Of a stretch of 64,000 nucleotides of DNA, positions 25,845 through 38,470 are shown piece by piece. The notes below the pieces were generated by a model. That model searched no databases, was not told the DNA's origin, and saw only the letters and a program-made list of their open reading frames with translations. The DNA is from Macrostomum hystrix (taxonomy: Eukaryota > Animalia > Platyhelminthes). The DNA lies in the NCBI GenBank assembly GCA_950097015.1, contig CATNEN010000001.1, forward strand, positions 18,042,001 through 18,106,000, written 5' to 3'. How positions within the stretch are numbered: position 1 is the first letter of the stretch; every line of letters begins with the position of its first letter. Position numbers and translations under genes: made by a program.

Positions 25845-26398
25845 CCATAGTCCGGATCATGCTGGACTTACGCCGGAGGAAAAATCCAACATTTTTTGGC
25901 ACTTACGCCAACCAAAAAAGGTCCCTCTGCCTTACGCCACCCAAAATAAGGTCCTTCACAAATCATGTTAATCGGTGATTAATTAAATTTAGAAGTTGCA
26001 ACTGTTTAAAAATCTCACAAGTTGCAAATTCTGAATCAAGTATCAAAGTAAGCATCTTAAAGCTAAAAAAACTTTTGCTATCCTACAATAGATATTCTGC
26101 TATCTCATTTATACGAACTGCAATATTTTAATGAACTTTGTTTTAATGCTGCTCCTAATTAACGCAAACATCATAATTAACGCAAATGTGTTATGTTCTA
26201 TAGTAATACATTTGATCATGAATGATCTCATTTGTGCTAACATTTACGCCACTTGATTTATGCCATGTACTTACGCCAAGCACTTACGCCAAGGCACATT
26301 TTGGCCTATACTTACGCCAAGCACTTACGCCAGCCTCCGATCCCAAACCAGATTTACGCCGGAGATCTCCGGCATTAACGACATGATCCGGACTATGG
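25845..26398. mobile_element. hAT-type MITE (554 bp)
   Basis: TIR ccatagtccggatcatg / catgatccggactatgg, 8-bp TSD AATACTTA (25837-25844, 26399-26406), subterminal ttacgcca repeats. Confidence 0.9.
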
Positions 26399-29340
26399 AA
26401 TACTTAGAGTTAGACTAACTAAATACATTACCAGACTATATACACTATCAAGAAATTCTTTGATATTTATAGAATACATTCTCAGAGACTAATTCTAAGA
26501 AAGTATCGAAATTACTTAGACATTATATTGAAATACCTCTATAAACATATTTTATAGGATATAAAAAGTTAGAAATATAACAACTTTGGTTGCATTGTGA
26601 AAATGAAGTTAGAATAGTAATTAACCTTAGGACACCTTTAGTGAGATTATATTAAAGAGAGAAGCATTAGGACAACTTTAGTAGCATCATTGGGATAAAG
26701 ACTTTACTAATAGTTAGGCCTATATCAACCTTGGTGTCATTCAGTGGGATCTTAATTATAAAAAATAACCCTACATTCCCTACAACACAGCCTTATTAGA
26801 ATATTGGGAAAATAAAGCTTAGAAGCTGAAGGTTGAATAGACACTGGGATCATTATCACAGTTAACTAACCTTTTAATTGGTGGATAAAATTTAAATGAT
26901 TCGCATATAGAAAGGCCTAAAACAGTAAAACAATAGTTAAGAAAATAAAAACTAAGATGAATATATACATCTTTTGGTAAAAAATACAAATTTGTACAGC
27001 TTGGATGACACTTGTTTTGGTATAAATAATAGGTCAAATTGACTGATAGCATTAGGCTAAATATGTTAAATGACCAAAGTCTTGGTTTGGTTGATCTTGT
27101 TTTACTACCCATAAAGCATGAAACAATGAAACATGTTTGTTAGGAGAGATTTAATCTTGCATTCTGTAACAGACATTAGATGAGAAAAGATTATTAAATG
27201 AGAAAAAGAACATTAAATGAGAAAAGAAAGGGATTAAAATATGCAGTTTTTTGCAATAATATATAGTTATAGTCTCGCAATCCTAGTTACTTGGTAAAAT
27301 ACAGTTTCCTCGACGCATATCGATTCCAGCATTTCATCTAATTAACTTTGCCGTTTCCTGCTTTGTCCCATCTAAATAAAAAATAAAGCCAATGCCGAAA
27401 ATCTGTCCATTCGTAATCAGCCCGGTTCAGTCACTCTTTAGTAACTTCGAAATATGTAATCTGTATGCAGTTGGCGTGAAAAATGAGAATCTTATCTGCA
27501 TGGTGTTAAGAGTAATATTTGTAAACACGTGTAGAGTTGATTTCTTAGAACTCAAGTTCATGTTCAATTTAATGCTTAAATATGATAATTGTCTATTTCA
27601 CTTCGTTACATTCTTTTTTTGCCTTCCTAAGCTTTTTTTCTCGTTATTTTGCTCGCCCCTTCTCCCCATGTGCTCCTATTATTTGCATTTGCATTGCTGC
27701 TAATATAATATTTAGTTTCTTACATCGTTATTGTAATAGGCGAATAATTATACTATATTTTTCTTTTAAATTTACGCGAAAAGTAAGGAAATTAATATTT
27801 GTTTTAATGCACCCTTTGTTTTAATACACCGTTTGTTATAATGCACCGGGGAACCACCCCCCGCCAATCTATATATATATACACGTATTTTGGAGGAGAA
27901 AGATCAACCGTCTCTCGACCGTTCATACCATTAACTGTTTATTCGGTTTGTGCAACTAGACTTGAAAAGCTTAGAAGAGGCAGAATTTTGAAGATCAAGC
28001 TTTGTCAAGCTGGAAAGCTATAAATTTAGACGAACAATTCGTATTGAACAGTAAAAGCAAAAGAAGGGTTGGATCCGAATTAAGTGTTTAAAAGCCTGTA
28101 AAGGGTGTGATAAAGGAATTACCTGTAAAAGGAGTGTATTTGATGAATAAAGCCTGAACAGGGTGAGAAAGACAAAGTAAAATTCATAAGTGAGTGCGTG
28201 GGTAACTGATACCCTCCGATCCATTGGAAGCCCTATATTGGGACTGGAAATTTAATAAGACTGTGTGTTACTAAAATAATACTCATAAAAAATTCGTTGT
28301 ATTAGTTATTTGCCTGTTAACTTTAATCGTTCGCCACGTCCGTTTGCAAATCTGGATTCCATACTCTTGTACGGCACAAATATGCAAAGGACTCACGTGT
28401 ATCACTCCGTTAGCGTCCATCGGTGCTGCCCTGGACTCATAATTTAGATTATCCGGACTTGTGTTTGCTGTCCATGTCGTGGTGCAAGCTACTTTAACTA
28501 ACGGTTTGTCGGGTTGTTTGTTACTGCAGCACTCGGAAGCAATGCCTCTCGACTTATGTAAAACAAATCGCACCACTGGTAAATGGAGCATAATCTTAAT
28601 CTGTCTACATTTGGTTCGATTCTTGGCGTTTTTCTGAAGAAATTGACGATAAAAAAATATCAATATTGCTTTTGGTCCTTTGCGAGTCCAATACCGCTAA
28701 CTAAAAAGTATACCCTGGTTCATATGTTTATTGTTGAAAGGGTCATTCATAGAACATGATTTGAATTCTTAAAAAGTATTTTAGTAACTCTCCGAGTCAA
28801 CGACGCAGTTGAATTTTTTGTATTGATTTACACTTGTGAACATTGTCCCTATGCACGAGACCATTTTGTATAGGCCATTATGCCGCGAAAAACATCTTGG
28901 ACTTTAATCTCTGCGGGCTTACCCAGCCTATCCGGAAAACCATTTAGAAATATAAATCACTTAAGCTTGCACAATCAGGAACATTGAATTATCGACAAAA
29001 TAGAAGAGACGCGATTTGGAAAACTAAATCAGGGCAATTATAAGACAACATACCTCTACCATGCTGATTTTATTAAGGTGCTCGAAGTACGCAGTACGCA
29101 GTTATATGCTTCGGCGCATTCGGTGTAATCGATCGACTAAAGCACGGGGTTTGCCAACAGGGTAAAGGATTTGAACTACAACTAGCCCCAGTGGTTGCAG
29201 GGATGAAAATTGTATTAAAATGCAAAAATCGTGTTTTAACACACACAGACAATTTCTATGCAATCTGATTTCAATTTTGCTACGAGTAAATTGAGACCAT
29301 GTGATTCACATAGTCACATAGGTAAACTGCGACAAGAAAG

Positions 29341-29908
29341 GAAACAGTCCATTTCGGCGACATACCATTTCGGCGACAACCATTTCGGCGACAAGTCATT
29401 TCGGCGACAACCATTTCGGTGACAATACTTTTGAAGCCGTGGAACAAATTTATTTTATTTATATATTTTTTACATTTATTTAAATCAAATAAAAGAAGCC
29501 ACAAATCGGCAGAAGCGCGGAACAAATAGGCAACAAATGCACTGTTGCATCTAATGCATCTCGATTAGATCTATAAGTTCGATTAAAAGTAAAAGACCTT
29601 ACTGTCCCACAGGGGCATTCATGTGGCGGCAAGCGAGTCACCAAAATATTTGCCGTCACAAAAATATTAGTGACGCAAACGATGCTACTTATAAGTAAGA
29701 CAGGTGAGGTTGACGCACAGCGCGGACCAAACTGATCCAAACTCGCTATTTATATTACATGTTAAAACAAATACTATAACAGGAATACATTAACAAGTAG
29801 AAGAATCAAATACATTACATACTCAATAAGCAAACACTATCAGATCCATTATTACTGCGGTTTCGATGTTTGTCGCCGAAGTGGTTGTCGCCGAAATGGA
29901 CCGGATTC
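29341..29908. mobile_element. MITE/foldback-like element with TIRs made of ccatttcggcgaca repeats
   Basis: Tandem 15-16 bp units at 29348-29423, inverted at 29871-29902; no clear TSD. Confidence 0.6.
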
Positions 29909-31204
29909 GTTGTAGCAGTATCTGGTGAATTAATTGACCCATGCCTTTCTGTGAGGCGGAAATAGAATCATAAGTCGCATCCAAAAAGCCGTCAGAACAC
30001 ACTTTACAAGTTTCTACAGTAGCAAATCATTGGCGAAACAGTTCGTCCCCCATATTTTTTAAAACCTTGTTTGGCATCATTGTCAGACGTACACTCTGGC
30101 TCGAGATTTCTTATTTTTGTTTAATTTTCGCTTGAAGTAAAAAAAGATACGGTCTGTCGAAATGTCTGGGACATCGGGTAACGGGTTAACCCATACATAA
30201 CCAGACATGTGTGGCGGTCATGGATTTTCCGACACCTTTATTTGCTTATATTACCCAAGTCTAAGTGAGTTAATTAGTTACCTAAATTGTATTGTTATTT
30301 CTTTTTTTTTTCATTCCAGATCATTTCAAAGATTTGGAATTTTTTCTTAATTATGTCTTTTTTAGCTTTGTGGCACGGCACCTAGCTACTGTGTCATTGC
30401 TTTCAAGAGTATGTGTGATATTAACATAAAATTAGCAAGTTTTTGAGGCCTCTTTCTTTATCAAAAACTCTTTACTAATATGTATGTATGATTATGTATA
30501 TTTATTTTCTTTTGGACAAAATTGCTTTGTTCAAATAAAACAATTAATATGTATTTATGCCCTTTGCCTGAATTAACTTTTGGTCTTTATATCCTGGTAG
30601 CATATGTTTGACTGTGTCTGAGCAGCAAGACACTTCAACTATAATTCTATAACTATTGGCAATTTATCCACTTCTTTCAGGCTTCCAATTGAATAAAATT
30701 TGATGCTCCATGCATGGATAGGACCTAATTCTAGAATTTAATTTCTTTTTAGTTTGAATATCTCTTTTATTTGATATTGTGATGGGGCCACCTAATGTGG
30801 TTCCCTTAATGGATAATGTATTTTGTTATAATATTTCAAACTTGTCCTAGGCTTGTCACCTTGGACAACTGGAGTCGACATTGGAGCTTTGAAGCTTACA
30901 TCTTCACTGCTGATTGAAACATGGGTGATCCTTCTGTACCCAATAGTAAGAAAGGTGGCAGAGTGTGCGCCAAAACAAATTTTGGCGTGGCGTCGCCTGT
31001 CAAGCTGTTTCCCTGCTTGTCCAATCAGATCTTCCAGGTGGTGCCGGCGATCTGATGCTCCTGGAGGTTGTCAACAGCAACCTACTGCAACTTCTGATGC
31101 GGAGAATATAGAAGACTCACATTCGGACTTGCAGAGTGGACTTTTTTGAGTTCAGTAACTTCAGTTCCTATCCCTATAAGTTTAATGCACTGTAATAAAT
31201 CTGA

Positions 31205-31420
31205 TTGCGACTTACCTCCCCTGAATGTGACTTACTTCCCTCTGAATGCGACTTACTTCCCTCTGATTGCGACTTACTTACCTTGGAATGCGACTTACTT
31301 CCCTCTGATTGCGACTTACTTCCCTCTGAATGCGACTTACTTCCCTCTGAATGCGACTTACTTCCCTCTGAATGCGACTTACTTCCCTCTGAATGCAACT
31401 TACTTCCCTTGGAATGCAAC
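31205..31420. repeat. 21-bp minisatellite (gcgacttacttccctctgaat)
   Basis: Tandem units. Confidence 0.9.
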
Positions 31421-31735
31421 TAAGTTGCCTCTGATTGCAGATTTTGTCATGTTTTTGCTTCTTTCCCCATTTGCTTTCCTTTCTTTCTTCTTTCCTTTCT
31501 CTGCTTTCCTCCTTTTCCTGCCTTCTTTTCTTTTTTTCTGCTCGTTTTTTTTCTGTCCGATTTTTTTCTCGGGTGGCCATTTTTGCGACTTACCTTGCTC
31601 GGCCGCTCGTCACCCGGCCGGATCGGCCGGGTGTTGCGCATGTATGTGTGCACCGTTGTGTGCCTGTCACCCATAGTTAGGAAGGTGGCATGTGTACGCC
31701 GGAATGAAATTCGGGCAGGGCTACCTATGTATGCC

Positions 31736-32619
31736 CCATAGTCCGGATCATGCTGGGCTTATGCCAGAGGTAAAATCTAGCTTTTTTGGGACTTATGCCA
31801 GCAGTTACTCCCATTTTGTCCCCTAAAAATGACGCCAACAGAAAAACGCCCCCAATGGCTAAAATGAGCAATAGAAATGTAAGCAAAAGTAATTACAAGT
31901 AAAAAAATAAAACAAGTTAAGTGAAATATGAGTTAGGAGTTGTGGGCCGAGTTGCCAATGAAAGGGCAAAGCATAGTTGCCACTGGCAAGCAATGAAATA
32001 TTAGCGCTGGATGAAAAACTTAGTGCAGCATTAGATAATTTGTTTAAAACTTGAATAAATGGTAAAATAAATAGCAAAGGAAGCTTTTACTTACCCCACA
32101 TTGTATTGCATGAGTCAGTCATCACCGAGAGAATGTGCTCAACAGGTATCCTGCCTTCATGCAGTAGTTCCTTAATAACTGCCTTAAATCCTTCGGCAGT
32201 ACTGTCCATAAGCTCTTTGATGCCAATCAGTACAATTATGACATGCTGATGCTCAGTGGAAAAAACTCTCGCGAGTACTGCCAGGTAGGACTGATCACGC
32301 TTTGTACACTTGTCCAGCATAATGGAGAAATGCAACTTGCGAAGAAGGTCAAACATTTGCTCCTTTGCGAATGGTGCCAATGCCTCATTAACAAGGTAAG
32401 TCATCTTAGTCCTGCAGCATGCAAATTCCTGAGCAATACGGCTGTCTGGAAATGCAACTGGAAGCAGTGATGTAAACTGGTCCATAAGATTGAATGACAA
32501 ATCCTTTTGAGCCACAAGAATTGAAAAATGCAAATTGGCTACCATTGCTTGCTCGCTGACAGCAGTTGAACTCGCAGCTTGCTTTGCTGTAGTGTCATCT
32601 ATAACAGAGAAGAAGCTTG
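31736..32619 (-). mobile_element. hAT remnant: TIR plus transposase fragment (32087-32619), cut by LTR insertion
   Basis: Same TIR as the MITE at 25845; peptide FPDSRIAQEFACCRTKMTYL..FSIMLD..SVMTDSCNTM. Confidence 0.75.
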
Positions 32620-35600
32620 TGATGTGGAGTGTGCTACGGGAATCGAGTGGGAATGTGTGCCAGCAGAATTTTTCAAATTTTAGGCAGTTAATAATCACGA
32701 CCCACCTAGCAGCTGGCCGGGTTTGGGGCGGCGGTGAATTAAGTAGCCGTCAAATCCCCTCTCCCTGGATCTGTTCTAGCCCCCTGTAGGAATGACTGAT
32801 CGCGGGCCATAACTTTACTGTATGAGCTAGTTTAGGTCATAATTCCCCTCCAAACCGCGATCAGATATTGGGAATCACTCGGGCATTATGAGTGATCATT
32901 TATTCTTCATGTCCCCACTTCTTTACAGTATTGGAGCCCAGCTCGACTTTATAACCTCCTCTCTTAGATACATGTAAATGTCACTGTAGGCAGGTCGGCG
33001 CCTGCGCTTCCCATTGTCCCGGCGGAGTAACAATTATTGGCCGACTGCCGGCGGCTGCTCGTAAAGGAGCATCTGTCGTTTTTTGCCGCCGGTTCATTGG
33101 GTAATCGGGGTGGCCATCGCCGCTTCGATTCCTCGATGACAGGCTGGCGCGAATGTGGGTTATTTTGATGAATGTCGAGGTTGGCGTGCTGCAGGACTAT
33201 TTAAGAAAGCGCGCTGCGCTGCTCCCCCCAGGACCTCGGCCCAGAGACTTCTCTCCAGAGACTCGGCCCAGGACCTCTCCCACTTAGGGCTTAGACCCTC
33301 GAGCTTTGAGTTCATTTTAGCGCTCACAGGCTCATTGCCTGCCTATAAGCCTTCTTATAGCCTTCTAGCCTTCCCCTCCTCTGCCTTTGCTGATTTTGCC
33401 CTACCCTCCCTCGAGAACGACAGGACTGCAGCACGCGGCCGATCGGCGTTAAGATAAGTAACCCGCGCAGCGGTTTTCCATTGTTACTCCTAAGGGACTT
33501 ATCCTACTAGTTAAGCGGCATAATAGTGGGAAAGGGCATCGGGATTTTTAGCCTAATAAACTTTCATCATTAGCCAGTTAATTTCACATTAGGCCAATTT
33601 TAACTAAATTTTAAATCCTTTCACACTTTGTTCGCCTCCATGTTTATTTTCACTACTAGACAGCCCTCAGCTATGAGTGGCTAATCTCCTAGGGGGGTGG
33701 GCTCTGGTGATGCCGAGCTGAAAGTGGCGCAGGAAGGCAACTGTAAGCGCGCACAAAGGTGATAAGAAGCTAGGGATTTGCAAGCAGATGCGGAGGTAGT
33801 ATGTGCATTTCTTCCCATGGGGGTTGGGGGAATCCTTGGCCGGCTTTCCTTCTCCCTCTTGGGCGGGCTCAAAGTGTACGTGTCGAACTCCCTTTCCAAT
33901 GGAGTTTTCCCTTATCCCCCTCTCGCAACTGCGGCCAAGGGAGCGAGAGTGATGACTTAATAATCGTTCGCTTGCATAATCACTCAGCCAGTGTTCTGCT
34001 TAATCTCTCCAGCCTCTGGTTTCCTCAACTCACACAGATTCGGTTTGTTGTTTACTTAATGTGTAGGCTGCTGTCAAATGTATAGGATGTGTCTGATGTC
34101 TTATGAGTAGGATTTTGGCTATGGATCCTCATTCAAGTTCTTAGTACCACCTTTCTAGACCCCTGTAGCGCGAATCCCCTTTTGAGGCGTTGATGTGGAG
34201 TGTGCTGCGGGAATCGAGTGGGAGTGTGAGCCAGCATAATTTTTCAAATTTTTTAAGTGTCTAATAATTGCGACCCACATAGCAGCTGGCCGCAAACACG
34301 ATCATTAATCTTAGGGCCGGGTTTTGGGCGGCGGTGAATTAAGTAGCCGTCGACTCCCTTCTCCCTGGATCTGTCTAGACCCCCGTAGGAATGACTGATC
34401 GCGGCCATAACTTTTATTGTACGAGTAGTTTAGGTCATAATTCTCCTCCAAACCGCGATCAGATATTGGGGATCACTCGGGCGTTATGAGTGATCATTAA
34501 TTCTTCATGTCCCCTCTTCTTTACAGTATTCGAGCTCAGCTCGACTTTATGACCTCCCTCCTTTAGATACATGTAAATGTCACTGTAGGCAGGTCGGCGC
34601 CTGCGCTTCCCATTGTCCCGGCGGAGTAACAATCGCTGGCTGACTGCCGACGGCTGTTCGCGCAGGACATCTGTCGTTTCCCGCCGCCGGTTCGTTGGGC
34701 AATTGGGGCGGCAATCGCCGCTTCAATTCCTCGATGACAGGCTGGCGCGAATGTGGGTTATTTTGATGGATGTCGGGGTTGGCGTGCTGCAAGACTATTT
34801 AAGCAAGCGCGCTGCGCTGCTCCCTCTAGGACCTCTTTTCTCCCACCGGCTCTTCCCCTTCTCCCTGCCGGTTTACCTTTGCCGGGCCGGAATCCCACCG
34901 GACCCAGGACTTATCCCCCAGACCCATTTAGGGCTTAGACCCTAGAGCCTAGAGCTCCACGGCTAGCGCAGGCCCATTGCCTGTCCCCATTCCCCCTGAG
35001 CGCGAGCCACCTCTTTAGGTGCGCCGTTGAATCGAGCCTTGAGCTCCAAGCGTGTTGGCCCCCTTGCCGACTCGCAGCATTTTCCCTTCCCGGTCTTTGC
35101 TGTCTTACCCCGCCCTCTTCCCCGAGAACAACGGGATTGCAGCACGCGGCCGAAGCGACCCCAGATAAGTAATCCGCGCAGCGGTTTGCAATTATTGCTC
35201 CTAAGGGGCTTTCTATTAGTTAGGCGGCATTTAGTGGGGGGGAGCTAGGAATTGCTCAGCCTAATAAACTATCTAATTTATAGCCATCATTTAACTTATT
35301 GGGCTTACTTTTATAACAACTTAATTCCTTTTGCTATGCCTCCTTTTCACGTTTATTTTATCGTTAGACAGCCCTCTGTCATGAGTGGCTAATCGCCTAG
35401 GGGGCGGGCTCTGGCACAGCCGAGCTGAAAGCTGCGGCAGGAAGGCAATTGTGAGCGCGCATAAGAGTAATGAGGAGCTAGGGATTTGCAGGTAAAAATG
35501 CGGAGTGTAAGCATGTGCATCTCTTTCCTGAGGGTTGGGGGAATTCTTAGCCGGTTTTCCTTTTTCCTCTTGGGAGGGTTCAACGGTGTGCGTGTCGAAC

Positions 35601-37130
35601 TCCTTTGCCAATGAAGTTTTCCCCTATCCCCCTCTCGCGACTGCGGCTACGGGAGCGAGAGTGATGATCTAAGAATCTTTCGCTTGCGTAATCACTCAGC
35701 CAGTGTTCTGCTTAATCTCTCCTGCCTCTGATTTCCTCATCTCACACAGGTTCGGATTTTTTAGTTATTTCATGTGTAGGCTGCAGTCTAATGTAAAGAA
35801 TGTGCCTGATGTTTCATGAGTAGGATTCCGGCTATGGATTTTCATTCGAGTTCTTAGTACCACCTCTCTAGACCCCTGTGGCGCAAATTCAGGAATCCCC
35901 TTTTGAGGCGTGTCTCGATCCATTCTGGGGCTCTCACCCCAGCCTAAAACGGAAGTTGCAGAATGCCCTATTTTTCGGCTTGTCTAGATCTGCGTGATAA
36001 ACTAGGAGCTGTGTACTCCGGGAACCCAAGTTCCAAAATGTCTGCGGTGGCAACGTAGGCGCATTGGGTGGTGGCGCTACCTGAGATCATTTTCCGCTTT
36101 GCCAATAGCCTTTCCGCATTTCTGTGACAAGAGCCTGGGCCGTTTCGACCACCGCTACCAAGGTTAGGAGTCAGTTACTTACACGCTACTGACGGCAGTA
36201 GACTAGTTAGCCCTGCCCTGTCCGATTCCGGGCAGTCCGACCCTCTTCTTAGACTTTTAGCCGGTTTCGAGCACTGCTTGGGGTAGGCACGGCAGTCATG
36301 CCTGTGGCCTATGGGACGAGTGGGACTGGCCAGCCTGAGGCCGATAGGACCACTCCCTGCATCCGCTGAACCTCCCTTCATCTCATCTCTCTTTCCGCGA
36401 AATCTCGCGTGTAGCTAAGCGGTCATTAAGTCGACTCTGTCGCCCGCCCTGAATCCAATTTCATGAGTGCAGTTCAGCGCTTGCAACGCCCACCCACTTC
36501 AGCGTGTCTCGATCCATTCTGGGGCTCTCACCCCAGTCTAAAACGGAAGTTGCAGAATGCCCTATTTTTCGGCTTGTCTAGATTTGCGTGATAAACTAGG
36601 AGCTGTGTACTCCGGGGACCCAAGTTCCCAAATGCCTGCGGTGGCAACGTAGGCGCATTGGGTGGTGGCGCTACCCTAGATTATATATCCGCTTTGCCGA
36701 TAGCCTTTCCGCAGTTCTGTGACAAGAGCCTAGGCCGATTCAACCACCGCTACCAAGGTTAGGAGTCAGTTGCGCACGCACTGTCTAGCCCTGTCCTGTC
36801 CGATTCCGGATAGTCCGAAGCCTCTCTCTTTAGACTTTTAGCCGGTTTCGAGCATTGCTTGGGGTAGGCACGGCAGTCATGCCTGTGGCCTATGGGACGA
36901 GTGGGACTGGCTAGCCTGAGGCCGATAGGACCACTCCCTGCATCTACTGAACCTCCTCATCTCTCCCTTCATCTCCTCTCTCTCACTCCGCGACATCTCG
37001 CGAGTTGCTAGGCGGATATTAAATCGACTATGTCGCCCGCCTTTAGAAATGAACTCTCATGAGGGCAGGTCAGCGGTTGCAAAACACCCAAACCATGTCA
37101 GGATGGTCTTCTCCATGACTAACTATTTCA
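32620..37130 (+). repeat. 5' LTR of element A (~2.2 kb net), split by a solo LTR
   Basis: Starts TGATGTGGAG, ends ..ctatttCA; pieces 32620-34190 and 36506-37130 join at gaggcgt|gtctcgatcc. Confidence 0.85.
34191..36501 (+). mobile_element. Solo LTR (2311 bp) of the same family inserted in A's LTR
   Basis: TG..CA ends, 4-bp TSD GCGT at 34187-34190 and 36502-36505. Confidence 0.88.
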
Positions 37131-37132
37131 AA

Positions 37133-37153
37133 TGGTGGCACCGGGGTGGGATC
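37133..37153 (+). promoter_or_regulatory. Primer binding site of A (tRNA-Leu-like)
   Basis: TGGTGGCACCGGGGTGGGATC, 2 nt after the LTR. Confidence 0.75.
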
Positions 37154-38470
37154 TAGAGAGGGCGCGAAACGAACTTGAAAATTTCAATTGTTAGTTTAGC
37201 GCTGCAGATTTCTGTGGTAGCTAGCCGAAAGGGCTCCTTCTAGATTTCATTTTCCGTATGCCGAAATCTTATCTCGAGAGAGTGAATCTCAGTTCGGGTG
37301 ACCGTCATTAAATTTTCGAACAGTCGCAATTTGATTTCAATTTAATTTAGCTTTTTGCTAGAACTTCCAAAATGCTGATTAGTGACTTTCTACTATGAGT
37401 AGGCTGTGTGAGCCGATTTCATGTTAGAGTGTCTTCGGGTTATGTGGTTACCGTAGGCTGCCTTGTACTGCCTGATGGGTTCCTAGTATAAACGCCGACT
37501 ATTGGTGTCGCGGGGGGCCTGCTTCCGAGGACTCGCGTTTGAAAGTGCCGCATAACTTTGACCAAGTCCGACTTAGGCAAGGACCTGTTAGGGGGCTGGG
37601 ATTCGGCGACCATACCGCTTCCCAGAAAGCAGCCGTTCCAGTCTAACGACACCCGCGCTAGCGCCCCGAAGCTGTACATAGTCTCTTGTTCGACCCTAAG
37701 GACGGGCTAGAATTTGGTCGGCATGGCTCTCTTAGGTTACAGGGAGTCTGGGTTGGGCCAGTCTTAACAAAGGACCGGGCAATGTCCCTACGGCCTTCTA
37801 ACCGAGCGAGGGGGCCCCCGGCAATGCAGCCGGGAATCGATGACTCGCCGAGCACCGGGGATTGACCCTTCCTAGTGAGCCCTATTGGGTCTGTACTTTC
37901 CGAGGTGGGGTGGGTAGGCCAAAGGCCTTTGACAGAGCACCCCATAGAGTCTACCCAAAGAGGTGACATGAGGGTGATATGGTAATTCTGCTATAAGAAG
38001 TAAATCCGGCTAGTCTTAGGTCGGCTGTTGACCCTGGGCAGGCTGTGGTGGTGCTGACTCCGCCGTACCTATAGTGTAACAGTCCGCTATAGGGTTGCAG
38101 AATGAGTGCTAAGTTAAAATCTAGACTTCTATGTCCCAAACTTTAGTGCGCGCAGGCAGTTGTTGGTAGCCAAGGCTGGAAGCAAAAGCTAGCCAGGGCC
38201 CCAGACCCTTTCTCTCCCCTCATTCTTTTCCTTTGTTTGCTTATCGGCCACTGCATCGCAGTGATTATTTATTAGGCCGGGAATTTCTCTGTGATCTTTT
38301 CTAGGTTGGGTGACGTAAGTCAGCCGGGCCTTTCTTCTTTGTTTAATTCCCACGGCCCCTGGTCGTGCTCTGAGCACTGCTCCACTCCCACCCCTCTCTC
38401 CCTCATTGTTGCAGTAGCGACAAACCCCCCATTTTTCAAAGCAAAATCCTCATACCTCTTTTGGCCGAAA

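Noticed and set aside
28283-28663. Minus-strand ORF with HTH-like EYGIQICKRT
   Set aside because: Too weak to assign; possibly a decayed transposon
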